A stretch of DNA of 64,000 nucleotides from Macrostomum lignano (GCA_002269645.1 NIVC01001474.1:218875-282874), one strand, 5' to 3'. Counted from the stretch's first letter, positions 37,391 to 50,502 are shown. Numbers and translations are program-made. Notes: generated from the sequence alone by a model not told the origin.

Positions 37391-37757
37391 AAATTTTGTG
37401 CAGTTCAGTTCAACTCACTTGACTGACAGATAAGTGACAGACAGATCTCTCCTTCACAGCTCGCCTCGTTCTCAATTCTTAGCACAAAGTTGAATAGATT
37501 GTACATTGAGGCAGCAAGAGAGGCTAACAAGAGATCTTGTACAGTATAATACTTGATAAGCAGAATGGAAAGAAAGGAAGAGAGACAGCTGCGATAGTAT
37601 ATGGCGTACTCGGTGTGCCAATTTGTTTAGTGTGAACTACCGAGTGCAGCGCTTGCGAGTGTTTGTACACCCTTATTAAACCATTGTTCTTAGCACTAGC
37701 CAGCCTCAAAAGTAAACAGATCTTTGCTCAGAAATCCAGTTGATCCAACAATCAACA

Positions 37758-39476
37758 ATGCCGATACCAAAGCTGACTCAAAGCTACTGCCACGGCAGTA
37801 CCGAGGAGCCGCTGCAGTTCTGGCGAAGCTTCGACCGTCTGCCGAAATGGGCCTCTGAAACGCCCAACAAAGAGATGATCGTGTTCCGCCGACCCGACGC
37901 TCCGAGACAGTCGATCACCTTTGCGGATTTTCATCGGGTCACCGACGGGATTGCGTGTCGCATTGTACAGGACCAACCGGAGCTGGGCGCGGGCAGCCTG
38001 GTGATGGTTTTAGGCACCAACTGTTTGGAGTTCTGCGCCACGTTGGCCGGATTGCACAAGGCCGGCCTGGTGATCGTGTCCGCGCATCCGAGCCAGCAGA
38101 GCGACTTGATTCGACTGGCTGACGGAACCGACTGCAAGGCCCTGTTCTACATGAACTCCGGCATATACAAGACTGGGGCAGAGTGGCTGGTTGACAAGTT
38201 TGCCGTGAGAATCGACTTCGACTCGCTAGTGCAGCGGGGGAAAGAAACTGCGGACAAGCTGGATGACGAGCTGCGGAAGCTGCTGCGTGACAGACAGTCA
38301 GTGATTTCGGCAGATCAGACAGCTGTTATCTACCTGACTTCCGGTACCACAGGCAAGCCGAAGATGGTGCCGCATTCGCATCATTCCTTAGTTAATTCGA
38401 TTCGCTTCCGAACTCGAGGCGCCCTGCTAAACAGTGAGGACATTTTCTTTTCTGATCGACCAACAAGCCACGTGGTTGGCACATTCGGCTTTTTAATGGC
38501 AATATTGGACGGCCTGACTCTGGTTGCCACGCCAGCCAACACGTTTGCAGGAAATCGCGGAGCTGAGAACGCCGTCTGGCTGCTGGACACGCTGGCTGAG
38601 GAGCAGGTGACCAGCGGTGACTTTTTCGGTTATTTGGTGCACGACATTCTGCAAAAGGGCGGGAAACCGCCTGCAACTCTACGAAGCGCTCTGCTGTCGG
38701 GAGCGCCAACGACCAGCGAGCAGATGGAGCGCGCTATGACTGTTCTACCGTGCCTGGTGAACTACTACGGCAGCACGGAGACGCTAATGATCTCGGAAAT
38801 TTGCCCGCCTTGGGGTCCGGATAATAACCCGACCATTCGACAGAACACGGTGGGCAGGGCAGCTCCCCACATGGAGGTGATGATTGCAGATCCGGATCGT
38901 GGAAGTTGGCTGCCCCTGCCGATTGGCACCGACGGCGAGGTGCTTGTTCGCGGTTTCTCCGTGATGCGCGGCTACCTGGACGATCCGGAGCTGACCAGAG
39001 CCGCCCTAACAGATTCCGGTTGGTATCGCACCGGAGACATCGGCAGCATGGACGAGTTCGGGAACATAACAGTGACTAATCGTATCAAGGATTTAATCAT
39101 ACTGGCTACGGAGAAGGTTGCACCAACCAGCGTCGAACGCGTGCTACTCGGCCATCCCGAAGTTCACGCCGCTCAGGTGTTCGGCGTTCCCGACGAGCGA
39201 GTCGGAGAAGAAATTGCCGCCTGTGTCATTTTGAAGACAGCGTACAACAAGCTCAGGAGTCCCGAAGAGACCTCCGGTATGCTGGCTAGGTGGTGCATCG
39301 ACCAGAGCATTGGTGAAAGCCGAAGCGGTGTCTCGTATGTGCCGCGCTACTGGGCTGTTCTGGATCATTTTCCAACTGGACCGACCGGCAAGGTGACCAA
39401 GACTGGATTGCGCGAGTATGTCGCATCTGGGAATGTCCTGTTTGATGGAGTTGAATTTCTGCCATCTGGCAGATAA
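37758..39476 (+). CDS. Intronless AMP-binding acyl-CoA synthetase/ligase (ACSF2/fatty-acyl-CoA ligase-like), about 572 aa
   Basis: ANL-superfamily motifs YLTSGTTGKPK (A3), YYGSTET (A5), GWYRTGDIG (A7), RIKDLI (A8) and PTGPTGKV (A10 Lys). The ORF is uninterrupted and ATG 37758 is the likely start. Confidence 0.93.
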   Translation: MPIPKLTQSYCHGSTEEPLQFWRSFDRLPKWASETPNKEMIVFRRPDAPRQSITFADFHRVTDGIACRIVQDQPELGAGSLVMVLGTNCLEFCATLAGLHKAGLVIVSAHPSQQSDLIRLADGTDCKALFYMNSGIYKTGAEWLVDKFAVRIDFDSLVQRGKETADKLDDELRKLLRDRQSVISADQTAVIYLTSGTTGKPKMVPHSHHSLVNSIRFRTRGALLNSEDIFFSDRPTSHVVGTFGFLMAILDGLTLVATPANTFAGNRGAENAVWLLDTLAEEQVTSGDFFGYLVHDILQKGGKPPATLRSALLSGAPTTSEQMERAMTVLPCLVNYYGSTETLMISEICPPWGPDNNPTIRQNTVGRAAPHMEVMIADPDRGSWLPLPIGTDGEVLVRGFSVMRGYLDDPELTRAALTDSGWYRTGDIGSMDEFGNITVTNRIKDLIILATEKVAPTSVERVLLGHPEVHAAQVFGVPDERVGEEIAACVILKTAYNKLRSPEETSGMLARWCIDQSIGESRSGVSYVPRYWAVLDHFPTGPTGKVTKTGLREYVASGNVLFDGVEFLPSGR

Positions 39477-40259
39477 TATTCTGGACTTTAGACTTAACAT
39501 ATTAACTTGTGTAATGATTGGATCAGACACGTACAGCACGAATGTATTATGAATTGAGTATATGTTTGTGCAGATGTGCAATTTAAGCGATTATTCATCT
39601 ATAAGGACACGCAATCTGCGGTTGTACTACGCGATGAGCTCATTTGTTTGGCATCTAAATTGTCTCTAGCGGTTGTCCTACGTCGCTTTTATGAATCGCG
39701 AACGCTATTCTAAGCGTATATGTATCCTCTCCATTGCACACTGTCGCGATATGCATAAATTGTAAGCCGTCGTGCATCATAATTGATTCCGAATTCTTTA
39801 TTAGAATGTCGCTGTCTACATGTAAATAAGATAAGTTTTTTAGCTAAATTCGTATAAAAAGCTTTCTTTATTTGATTGCAATTGCACAGTGTATGCAGAA
39901 AATACATGCATCATAAAAATGCACTTCAGTAATCCGTATATTTTACGAGAAGGCTCTTTATGAATTAGTGATGCAATTCAATTGATTTATCACCTGGAAT
40001 TGCTAAATTGCATTAATTAAAAGAGTTGTGTAAAGTAGCATTTGAAGAAAACATGCATTTTTGCTTCAAGATGCAGAGGCAGATTTTGTTGGAAAGCCTA
40101 GCATTTAACTTTTTAGAGCTAAAAAAGAATGTAATCAATTTTTTTTAGATAAACTACATGCAGCTTCTGACCTCCAACCTTTATACCTTAGCAATTCCCC
40201 CAAGCCTTGCCATCTCAGTAATTCCCCCCGTAAGCCTTGACATTTCAGGAATTCCCCTC

Positions 40260-41545
40260 ACAAGAACTATTGGCAGTCATAGACGGAATGCGACATTTCC
40301 ACTTCTACCTGTTGGCCAAGACCGACCATTCCGCGCTGACCTGGAATTCTGAGGAGAACTCAACGAATGGCCATCTTCGGACGATGGCTCAAGATACTGA
40401 GCGAATTTGAGTTTGTTTGAGATCCAGCATCGCAAATCAGGACAGCATCAGAATGCCGACGGTCTCTCGAGAAGGCCAGAAGACGACGCCGACTGCCTGG
40501 AGGAGGCCGACGAGGACCAAAGTAAGCAGCCAGCACCGACACCCTGCGCCGCCGGCGCCGAAGATCCACGACAGCGACAACCTTGACCCTCCACCGAGCA
40601 AGAAGACGTCAGACTGCCGAAAGAAAAGGAAGCAGCCGAAGAAGAAAAAGTCCAACGACGAGGCAACGCCACCAGCAACCCCGACAGCCGACAGCAAGCC
40701 GCTGACAGAGCTGCACTCGCCGGCAGCGAAACCGAGGCCTCCAGCTTGCCGTTCTTATGACTCTCAAGTGTCACCTAGCAGGTTCAGTAGCCCGACATGT
40801 TTCCCTACACGGAGCCGCTGCCTACTAACTGAAGAAGACGACGTGGACAGCGCCAGCAGTGCAGCACTACGCCAACGAGATGGCCACTGCCGACCTGCTC
40901 GCAGTCCGAAATTCAAGAAGAAAGTGAGCTTCAGCAGCGACGCAGACAGCTCCTGTTCCTCGTCATCATCAATTGAGGAGTCCAAGTCTAGCGACAGTGA
41001 CGCCGAATCCATCGATGAAAGCCCAACCGAGGATAATCGACCTTCGCGGGCACGTCGGCATCGCGGAAACCAGTTCAAGTAGCGACTATGAGGGAGCTCC
41101 AGACCGAAAGAAGCCGACCAATGAACTTAACAGATCACATCCCGAGGCCAGGCACCCGCGAGGAGCTTCAGATTCATCAACGCGCTGACTCAGCCATGGT
41201 GATCAATTTACTCGAAAATGGACAACCGAAATGGACAACCGAAACCACCCGCTTGCTCAATGGGGTTGCTCAAGATGAGCGAAATGTATTAGCGTTTTAC
41301 GACCAACTGGTAATCGTAGACGATGGTGATCGGACACAAACGGTCCACAAACAGACGTTACGACAGCCAAAATGCGCGAAAGGTTCTGGCGACCTGCCTA
41401 GCAGTGTCCGACTACATGTATGTCGCTGCTTGCCAGATCTGCACTCAGAACAAAGGCCTACTACGAATTCCGGCGCATGTACAATCCTTTCCGGTCTGTG
41501 AATTCTCTGGGGAGATGCGAGATCGACATCCTAGGCCCCAATGGA
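40260..41545 (+). mobile_element. Degenerate Ty3/Gypsy pol fragment (RNase H through start of integrase)
   Basis: ELLAVIDGMRHFHFYLL, TDHSALTW, RWLKILSEF and HQNADGLSR (RNase H). Further on are YVAACQICTQNK (integrase Zn finger) and IDILGP (start of the core). It is frameshifted. Confidence 0.85.
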
Positions 41546-41599
41546 GAACCGACAGACCGATGAAGAAAGTACATCCTAACCTATGTCGACACAACGACA

Positions 41600-41890
41600 C
41601 AACGAGCAGCCAGCTCCGGAACAACCATGCGGCCGCAGCTCAACCTGACCTGCGGGGCAGCCATGCAGCTGTTCGAGCCGAGCCTGCGACACCCAGCTGG
41701 CAGGCCACATCATCCGCGACGAGTCGTACTGCCTACAGCCGGTGCAGGAGGTGCTGCTGCTAGCGCTACGCCTGCAGGCACCCTAACGGCTGACGCCGGC
41801 GCCCCGGATTCGGCCGGGGGCGTGGCGTTCATTCGCGACCTGGCCTTGAAGCGCGCCCTGTGACGCTAACTGCGTATTTTTTTGTTGTTG
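41600..41890 (+). mobile_element. 3' end of an RTE-like LINE (copy A)
   Basis: LAGHIIRDESYCLQPVQEVLLLAL ... DAGAPDSAGGVAFIRDLALKRAL*, homologous to the copy at 59300-59710. Confidence 0.75.
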
Positions 41891-43545
41891 TGACAAGTTA
41901 GAAATTGTGCTAACAAAGCTAAATAAACTAGTTCTTTCGAGATGGGGCACTGGGGATAGGGGGCTGCGGAAACAGGGAAACAGAAAAACAAATTGAAATG
42001 TACAGCTGGGGTTGGGATCCAAAAGCTCATGACAACTGCGCTAGTTGTATGTCAGTTTAAGAAATTAGTCACCCTCTCGCTGTTACACATATTCTTAAAC
42101 GTTTAGCCTAGAATGATAAAACGGATCCATAAAATCAAATGAACCGATCGAGTCGTCCCATTTTAATTAGGTTTATTTTTTAGGCATGACATGTACTACA
42201 AGTGAATTATTGTACGTAAAATAAAAAGTCAAACATGAAATCCTCATTTTAGAACGAAAAGATTTATGAATATCAATACAACATATACACATGTAAAAAG
42301 CTAGATAATTACAACAACATACTGTACATACATCATATATAACTATGGGCATTGGGTCTGCCTCCTATCGAAAGCGAGAACAATTTTGTGCTGAAAAATG
42401 AATACTTCCTATCTCCCTAGTGCATTCTTTTGGAAAAACTGCCTCCTAAATTTTTCCAAGAAACGAGGTTTTCCGTCCTTCTAATTAAGATCTAAAATTC
42501 AGTTGCCGGTTTGAACTAGTTAATGAATTTTATTCTTTATATAGTAAAACAAAAGGTAGTTATAAAATAGGTACAAGATCTAAATAAGTTATTTTACTTT
42601 GTTACAAATAAAAACACGTATAAAAATATATAAAGGAAAGCATGAGGCGTTTAGTAAACAAGCTGTACCATACAACTTTTTCAGAGAAAGGTGGCATGTA
42701 TTTAAAATTTCATGTCATTCTATTTTCTCAAGGTTTACCGTATCCGTATCATTCGACCACGCCTAAATATTGGTGTCCGTCAACACTACACCATTGTAAT
42801 TTAATGCACAATAGTGTAGGGCCTATAACAAGGACTTTAGGCCCTTTTCTCTGTTTATGATGCTTGACAGGCAATTCTAGTGTACGTCAGAAATTGCCTG
42901 CACTAATTGGCCCCTATCTGTCCTTTTGCTCTATTATAGGTATAGCCTAAAGCCTAGGCCTAAAGGTGGACGCCGTCACCCCCCAGGCCCTAGTCAAAAA
43001 ATTGGTACAGCATGTGCTGAACTTAATTTTTTGAGACGATCAACGCGCTATCTGTGCAGGCAGGGCACAGATCAAATTTTGTATATTTTTTTAGAAAAAG
43101 TATCATTCTAAAATCTGACTAATTTTTTAAAATTAAATTAAAATTATAGTGAAGGAATCAATTCAAAATAGGCCTTAGCTTATTAAGCAAAAATATTCAA
43201 AATATAAAATTTGCTGGCCTCTATCACTTATTATCTTCTATAGTCGGCCCGAAGTCGGGAAGGTGGCACAGTGTGCGCCGGAACTATTTTGATGGCTTTT
43301 GAGCACTGTGCGCCGTGCGCCGTAAAGAAACTATTTTGTGCGCCGCAGCGCGCCATGATAAGGTAAGTCTAAGGTAAGGTAAGGTAAGGTAATTAATAAT
43401 TCATTGGTAAACAAATTTGAATTTATAGTAGACAAATTTGAATTTCATTTACATATTTTATATCGTGATTTACGTAATTTTAGTACTCTTTGATAGTATA
43501 CATTTTATTTTACGAATTATGGAATTAGTAACAATAACAAACTAA

Positions 43546-43736
43546 CAAACTATCAGTAAACTGCTTTATTTTAAGCTTTTTTTCCTTTATTTTATTAAAT
43601 ATGATTGAATCATGAAATTTTGCATAGATTCTCTTCACGTGAAGAAGAATGTTAAATTTGTCCAGGGCACTTCCTAATTCATATTTAATAAAATAAAGCA
43701 AAAAAGCTTAAAATAAAGCAGTTTACTGGTAGTTTG
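43546..43736. repeat. ~58-bp inverted repeat with a 74-bp spacer (MITE/foldback-like)
   Basis: 43546-43604 is the near-perfect reverse complement of 43679-43736. Confidence 0.8.
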
Positions 43737-44819
43737 TGAAGAATAAACAAATTTAATGCTTGTTCCTATGATTTGTACAACAGAAACTAAAGTGTTTGTA
43801 GAAGTGTCTGAATAAGTGTCAGCGAATGTTTCATACGTTAGTATAACATTTTATTTTACGAATTATGGAATTAGGCCTGACACTATATATTTTGCAAAGT
43901 AAAGCAAAGTGTAACTATATATTTTTTCAGCCCCTTGCGCCATGTGCGCTGCCAGAGCATTTCCAATTTTTCCTTGTACCCTATGTGCGTCGTGTATGCC
44001 AAAAAAGGGCCAATTTGCGCTGGAAAATTCACCAAAAACTGCCACCTTCCTAGCTATGGATTATCTTGACCTAAATGTTAAAATAAATTGGGAGATTAAA
44101 TAGTAAACATACTTACTAACAAGTAAATTAAGTAATAGTAAACTCACTATTATATATTTGCCACCATACTCCGGATCATATAGGCCTTAGTATATGCCAA
44201 AATTTTAGGTATATATTGGCCTTGCATGCAAAAAGTAGGTGTGCATACTGCATAGGCCTAGCCATGGTTGGTATATATTACTCCTGTCCTAAGAAAATAG
44301 TGTATGTATACACCTTGCATTTACTTTATCAAATCACATAGAAAAGTAAGTGTTAAGTAGAAAAAGAGTAAAAAATTCTTTTTAAGCCTAAATTTTAAGC
44401 TTCTGGTTTTTTAAGCTTAGGCCTATAATAAAGCAAATCTTTGCTTTAAGATAAAAGCAAATCTTAAACAAATCTTTTTAATAAAGTTTTTATGTATCAA
44501 TTTTCCACTATATACAGTATGGCTAAAAAACGAAAATTAAGTAAATTATCTACCAAAAAGGTTCTCTTATGCAATTCAAAAAGGTCATTTATTGTTACAC
44601 TACATAGTTTTGGAAATAGGTGCATAATTAATTTTTTAGTATGTATTTATCATTTTTTAATTTTTGTTTAGGTGTGCACCTAGCATGATCCAGACTATAG
44701 ACTTGCCATAATAAATAAATACTTGCTAGACACTGTCACGTTATTTGCTGCTGGCCATGACCCTTAAAAGGGCCATTTTAGTCCCAAAATAAGTTGAAGT
44801 CAACTTAGACGAAGTGGAT

Positions 44820-45385
44820 GGTGTAGCGGAGCACTTGGCAATAAGGGCAGGAAACTGCCGTAGTCGTTTTTATTATCAATGTAAATAGTAAGTTTGGTTG
44901 TTACTGGCAAATAACAAACTATGGCTTTCTGGGCACTGGCGGCTGCAACAATGGTTTCTTTGAAGATAAATTGGATAGTCAAGTGACAGACAAACGGTGC
45001 AATGGCGATGTAACGTGATGATCAATGGCAATGAGTACAGTGAAAGCAGTGAAACGTAGTGGTGAGTTTGGCGTCGGTCGTGGCGTGAAACAGTCAAGTA
45101 AGTGTGTGAGCAGGCTGGCCCAGACAGAAGGGCCGTGGTGAGAAATAAGGAGGCTCGAGGCAGCCAGACAAGCACAGATAAGGACGGGAGGAACGGAAGG
45201 AACGGAACAGAAGTGAGGAGTGCCCGCCGCCAGGCGGGGTTTTAATAAAGGAGCGCAGAGGGGGGTAGCGCGAAGCACGAGTGGTTTCATTGGCTGGCGA
45301 GAGAACTTAAAATTATCAATCGTGCCAATTTTATACGGTCGCGAGAGAGGATAGCAAAATATACAGTGAATTAGAAATTGCCACA
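44820..45385 (-). mobile_element. Possible solo LTR
   Basis: On the minus strand it starts TGTGG, contains CCAAT, a TATA-like box and AATAAA, and ends ..GCTACA. It is a GC-richer island in AT-rich DNA. No TSD or second copy was found. Confidence 0.3.
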
Positions 45386-47042
45386 AAATCGTTGGGCACT
45401 ACTACAAGTAAACGTCGCAATAAACAAATGGAAAAGTTTAGTTGAAACGATGAAACTGAAGGGTTGAAACTATAGAGAAACAGCAGTCCAACGGCCCTTT
45501 TCGGGACCACCTTAAACTGGCAACGTCACAGACACCATAGCTTTATGGAGATGCCATCTATGCAAGAACATTTTTTGGCTATCATAGAAGTTGCATATGG
45601 TACATAGCCAATAATCATGTTTTCTATATGGGACCTATAGCATGGGGCATTGCAGCAATAAACAACCTTTTTGTATTTGCCAAATATATAAAATCAAACT
45701 TTTTAAATCAGCTCATAGTAAACTGTTAAACTAAACTCAATAAAGTTAAATTTTTTATTCTCTTAAAACTTTTACTAAATTGTTTATTCATATAGAAACA
45801 ATTTTACTCTATTTAAAAAAACAAATATATACTTTTGTTATTAGGAACATTAATTTAGGTTTTGTTTTTGCAGTTCCATTGTAATTTTTTTTCCACATTG
45901 CTAACTTCCTTTAATCAGTATTATAGACTTGGTTAATAATCATATTTTGTATATACTAAAAACATTAAAAATGATTATCTTCCAAAATGAGAGAAAGTTG
46001 TTGCTGTTCAAATTATCAGATTATCAGTTCTCTTCAGATTATATACTAAATTGAAGCTAAGACCTCTATGCAAAGGGGTTATTTCAATGAATATCATCAT
46101 ATACAAGTGATTTAAGACTCAGACACCAAAGACAAGAAGTGCTTTAGCCTGGGAATAGGATCATTTAAGGCAATTTTAGTATTTAAATGGTTGTCATCTG
46201 AAATTGATATTAACATAAAAAATGTTCATTTATAAAAAAGATGCTATAGAGTATGGTTTCATCTGTGCTTGAAAGCTAAATTGATAAGAAGTGACTATGA
46301 TTTCATAACATAATCATTTTAAGGCAATTTTCATATTCAAATGATTGTTATCTAAAATTGATTTAATATACAAGATGCTAAATTATAAAACTGCTAAAAT
46401 CAGTTATTCTAAGAATGCTTGAAAAGTTAAAATCTTTGATCATTTCACTTTGTGATCATTATCCAAAGATTGCTGCAGCAATATTATAGAATAAATATTT
46501 AATGTAAAATACTTTATTATCTACAGAGCTTTGTTCTTGTATTAGCAAGACGAGTAGATTTCTATACTGACCTAATAGCAGAAATGCAGAAATGAATCTT
46601 ATAAAAGCTTGGATTTTTTAAGCCAAACTCAATTCAAATAGTAACAAATTTGCTAGTAGTAAAGTCAAGCTTACATAGTTTACATTTTTGGCAATTATTA
46701 TTCTATTTAATTTTAGTTTATTTTTATAAAATAGCTTATGTATTCTTCTTTGCTACTGAACATAAAGTAGAAAGCTGTTTTACAAAGTATAAATGCCTGA
46801 GTGGTGTATCTAGTTGTTCTAGTGTCCTTAATATAGACTAGATTTCTTTAAATTTGGCTTGAGCCATTAAAACATACTTGCTTGAAGGGCAAATAAAAGA
46901 CAACAATAAGCTGCATGGATACTATGTGTATAAAGTTTAGTTTGTTTACTACAATTTTCTTATTGCAGCTATTCAACAATGCGCTAGCACTGACTGCACA
47001 ATTTCTCACAACCTGTCAGCTTAGATTTCACCTAACCTCATC

Positions 47043-48315
47043 ATGTCATCTCAGCTGCGCTCCCAACCGCAGCCATGTCACAACCATGCCGCCATCAATG
47101 GCTGCGGCCTGACAATTGGCTCTATAGATGACCCAGATCCGTTATTAATTGATGTACCAGACACAGACGATGCCCCCTTAGCAACCGCCGGGTGCGTTGC
47201 CAGTAGCGACGAGGTGGACTCAACTCTGGGCTGTCCAGTTAGCGGCGGTGTCAGCAAGCGGTTTCGCAAAGATCTGCCAGCCGTCGGTAACGAAGGACGC
47301 GGCGGACCCAACAGTCGCTGCTCTGAGGTCTCCTCTGAGTCCTCTTTGCATAACAACATCTTTGAGTACTTCTCCGGCTTGGCTCCGTCCTCAGCTGATA
47401 CAGCAGCCACCGCCGTGACCAGGACTGTGCTGCACGTGACTGAGACCTACCAGTCTGGATTGCTGACCAATGCCAACACTATCGTTATTGATGATGGGGA
47501 AGACCAGTACGAGGCGTCCTATGATATCCAGGTAGGCCGGTTCTGTTTGAGTGCCTCAAATCCTCAGTTGCTGGACCAGCCTCCCAGATCCTCAGTTGCT
47601 GGGCCAGCCTCCCAGATCCTCAATTGCTGGGCCAGCCTCCCAGATCCTCAAACTCGCCCTCATCCTCCAGGCCAGCGTAGACGAGAACGGTTTTATCGAC
47701 GTGCCCGTCGACTTCGCCCCAAAGCTGCTGGACCAAGACTGCGGCGACATCTTCGACATCAGCGATCAGAACTTCACCATCTCCAAGCGTGCACAGCAGC
47801 AGCAGCAGCAGCCGGAGTCCTCAGCCCAAAGCACCGCCTGTCTGTCGGCCTGGGCAGCAGAGGCGGCCCGCGCTGACGCTGACATCGCCTACCTACGACG
47901 GGCCGCCTTCCGTCTGGTGTGCGCCCTGCTGCCTCAGCTGGAGCTGCGCTCTGAGTTCGACTGCTCAACCAGATCGACCGACCGCCTGCTGCTGGCCCTG
48001 TGCTCAATTCTGGACGACAGCCGCTCCGCAGTCGATCAGTGCCGTGCCGAGTTCGACAAGCGAATCCGGCGCAAACTATTGAGAAAGCGAAGTCGCCGAC
48101 TTCCAACCGTGTCGCTGTGTTCGCATCCGGCCGGATGTGCGGCTGGCTTGAGGCGAAGGATCCTTCGATTATTGAGACTGTTGCTGCCGCAGCTACAGCT
48201 GCCCGACTGTCTGCAATCTGCCATGCTCACTGACGATTCCAGATCATCTCCCGGTGCCTCCCTGCTTGTGTCACTGCTGATTGACCGAGTGGTGAAGCAC
48301 AGCAAGCGTAGGTAG
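47043..48315 (+). CDS. Uncharacterised 2-exon protein (47043-47531 and 47671-48315, about 377 aa)
   Basis: The phase-0 intron CAG|gtaggc ... ctccag|GCC joins two long ORFs. It has a coding-like GC-rich composition, a poly-Q stretch, and no recognised domain. Confidence 0.7.
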
Positions 48316-48364
48316 CACCTCTGTGCCTGATTGCCAGGTGCCTGCATTCTTGTTAGTAAATCTG

Positions 48365-49240
48365 TTTCAGGTGTGACCCTCGACTGTGTCAGGTGTGACC
48401 CTCGACTGTGTCAGGTGTGCCCTTAAACTGTGTCAGGTGTGACCCCTTAACTGTGTCAGGTGTGACCCTTGGATTGTGTCAGGTGTGACCCTTGACTGTC
48501 TCGTGTGACCCTTGACTGTGTCAGGTGTGACCCTTGGACTTTCAGGTGTGACTTTTGGACTGTGTCAGGTGTGACCCTTGACTGTGTCAGGTTTGACCCT
48601 GGGACTGTCAGGTGCGACCCTTGACTGTGTCAGGTGTGACCCTTGGACTTTCAGGTGTGACTTTTGGACTGTGTCAGGTGTGACCCTTGACTGTGTCAGG
48701 TGTGACCCTTGACTGTGTCAGGTGTGACCCTTGACTGTGTCAGGTGTGACCCTTGACTGTGTCAGGTGTGACCCTTGACTGTGTCAGGTGTGACCCTTGA
48801 CTGTGTCAGGTGTGACCCTTGGACTGTCAGTTGTGCCCTTGAACTGTGTCAGGTGTGACCCTTGAACTGTGTCAGGTGTGACCCTTGACTGTGTCAGGTT
48901 TGACCCTGGGACTGTCAGGTGCGACCCTTGACTGTGTCAGGTGTGACCCTTGGACTTTCAGGTGTGACTTTTGGACTGTGTCAGGTGTGACCCTTGACTG
49001 TGTCAGGTGTGACCCTTGACTGTGTCAGGTGTGACCCTTGACTGTGTCAGGTGTGACCCTTGACTGTGTCAGGTGTGACCCTTGACTGTGTCAGGTGTGA
49101 CCCTTGGACTGTCAGTTGTGCCCTTGAACTGTGTCAGGTGTGACCCTTGAACTGTGTCAGGTGTGACCCTTGACTGTGTCAGGTGTGACCCTTGACTGTG
49201 TCAGGTGTGACCCTTGACTGTGTCAGGTGTGACCCTTTAC
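48365..49240. repeat. 22-bp minisatellite (CAGGTGTGACCCTTGACTGTGT) with a ~307-bp higher-order duplication
   Basis: Tandem units. The variant block GTTTGACCCTGGGACTGTCAGGTGCG recurs at 48591 and 48898. Confidence 0.96.
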
Positions 49241-49670
49241 CCTCACACATGTGGCAGTTGGGGAGTCACAAGTGTGACTATTGAATCAGATTTAGGACGG
49301 TCTCAAGGCCCCCTTAACTGTGGAAGGTGGACCTCTCGGGTCTCTCTGGCAGACAGGCACCTGGCTAAACCTGAGGTTGCTGAAACTCGCATTGAATATT
49401 TCCATGTACAAATTTTAGGAATCTTATTAAACATTTGTAATTTTTTCATGATAGCTCCATTGTGGCCTACTCTGTGGAGTTTGTTATCATAATTCTAGTT
49501 TATTTTTATTACTGGAATCTGTAACTGTTCATGCATTATTACAAGTATACGGCGGGCGTCTAAAAAGCAGTGATAGTTTTGAATTCGCACCTGAAATTCA
49601 ACAGGTTCGGAAGTCATTGAAAAGCGTACACTAAAAGAGGTCGCTGTCCCTCCTTAAATTGCACAGAGAA

Positions 49671-49885
49671 GGTTGGAGCCTAGTAGTTAGAGCGTAGGAC
49701 TTACAACTGAAAGGTCGGGGGTTCGATTCTGGACCCATTAGGGAACAATTTAGACATGTCCTTGAGCAAGACACTTGACTCTGCATTGCTTCAGTTCACC
49801 CAACTGTAAAATGCCAGCCCCCCCCCCAGTCCTTGGACTGAACAGCCGTACGCAGCCTTCAGATACGCCGCGCAATTGGGGCAGG
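49671..49885 (+). mobile_element. tRNA-derived SINE, copy 2
   Basis: A/B boxes, GTCCTTGAGCAAGACACTTG, CAGTTCACCCAACTGTAAAATG and the shared tail GGACTGAACAGCCGTACGCAG. Confidence 0.88.
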
Positions 49886-50502
49886 TGTAATCAATACAAT
49901 TTAGACTAATAAAAATCGATTGGCAAAAGTATCCACTACTTTTTGACAGCCCTTGTATATTATATTCAGTTCAATAACTAATACTATGAGTAGTCATTGA
50001 AACGCTCTATTGGTGCATTGCGTGTTTGAAGTTACCTGCTACTGCCTTGACTTTTCTCACTTATCAGCTTCGTTTGTTAATGTATTTTGATTGAATGTTA
50101 GTAAATTTTAAAATCCTATTTGTTTGTTTGTTTGTCTATGTACAAAGATGATTACAGTAATACGGTACACCAATTATATATGTTTCTAAAATTTATATTG
50201 CATTCAGCAACCTGTAAACATTGTCAGCCACTTTTATCCTGCGGAACACTAAACTCGCTTATTAAATAATGTTTTGTCAGTTTATTTTTTTCATCGTTTT
50301 CATAGGCAAAATTAGTTTATGAAAGGACCATTATTTATGCATCAAATGCATGACAAACAACAGATTCGCGCTGGTGATATAGTTCAGGTGTTATCAATAT
50401 TGGACTGTGTTCCGTCGGCAATGTAGCAGCCCACAGTGTCAAAAAGTCACATTTAAAAATAAGATTTCACTACAATTTAGCAGCCACGGCATGTACTAGT
50501 AA

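Noticed and set aside
37740-39476. Bacterial contaminant contig or NRPS module
   Set aside because: It is flanked by host-type minisatellite and retroelement debris, and there are no carrier or condensation domains or operon neighbours.
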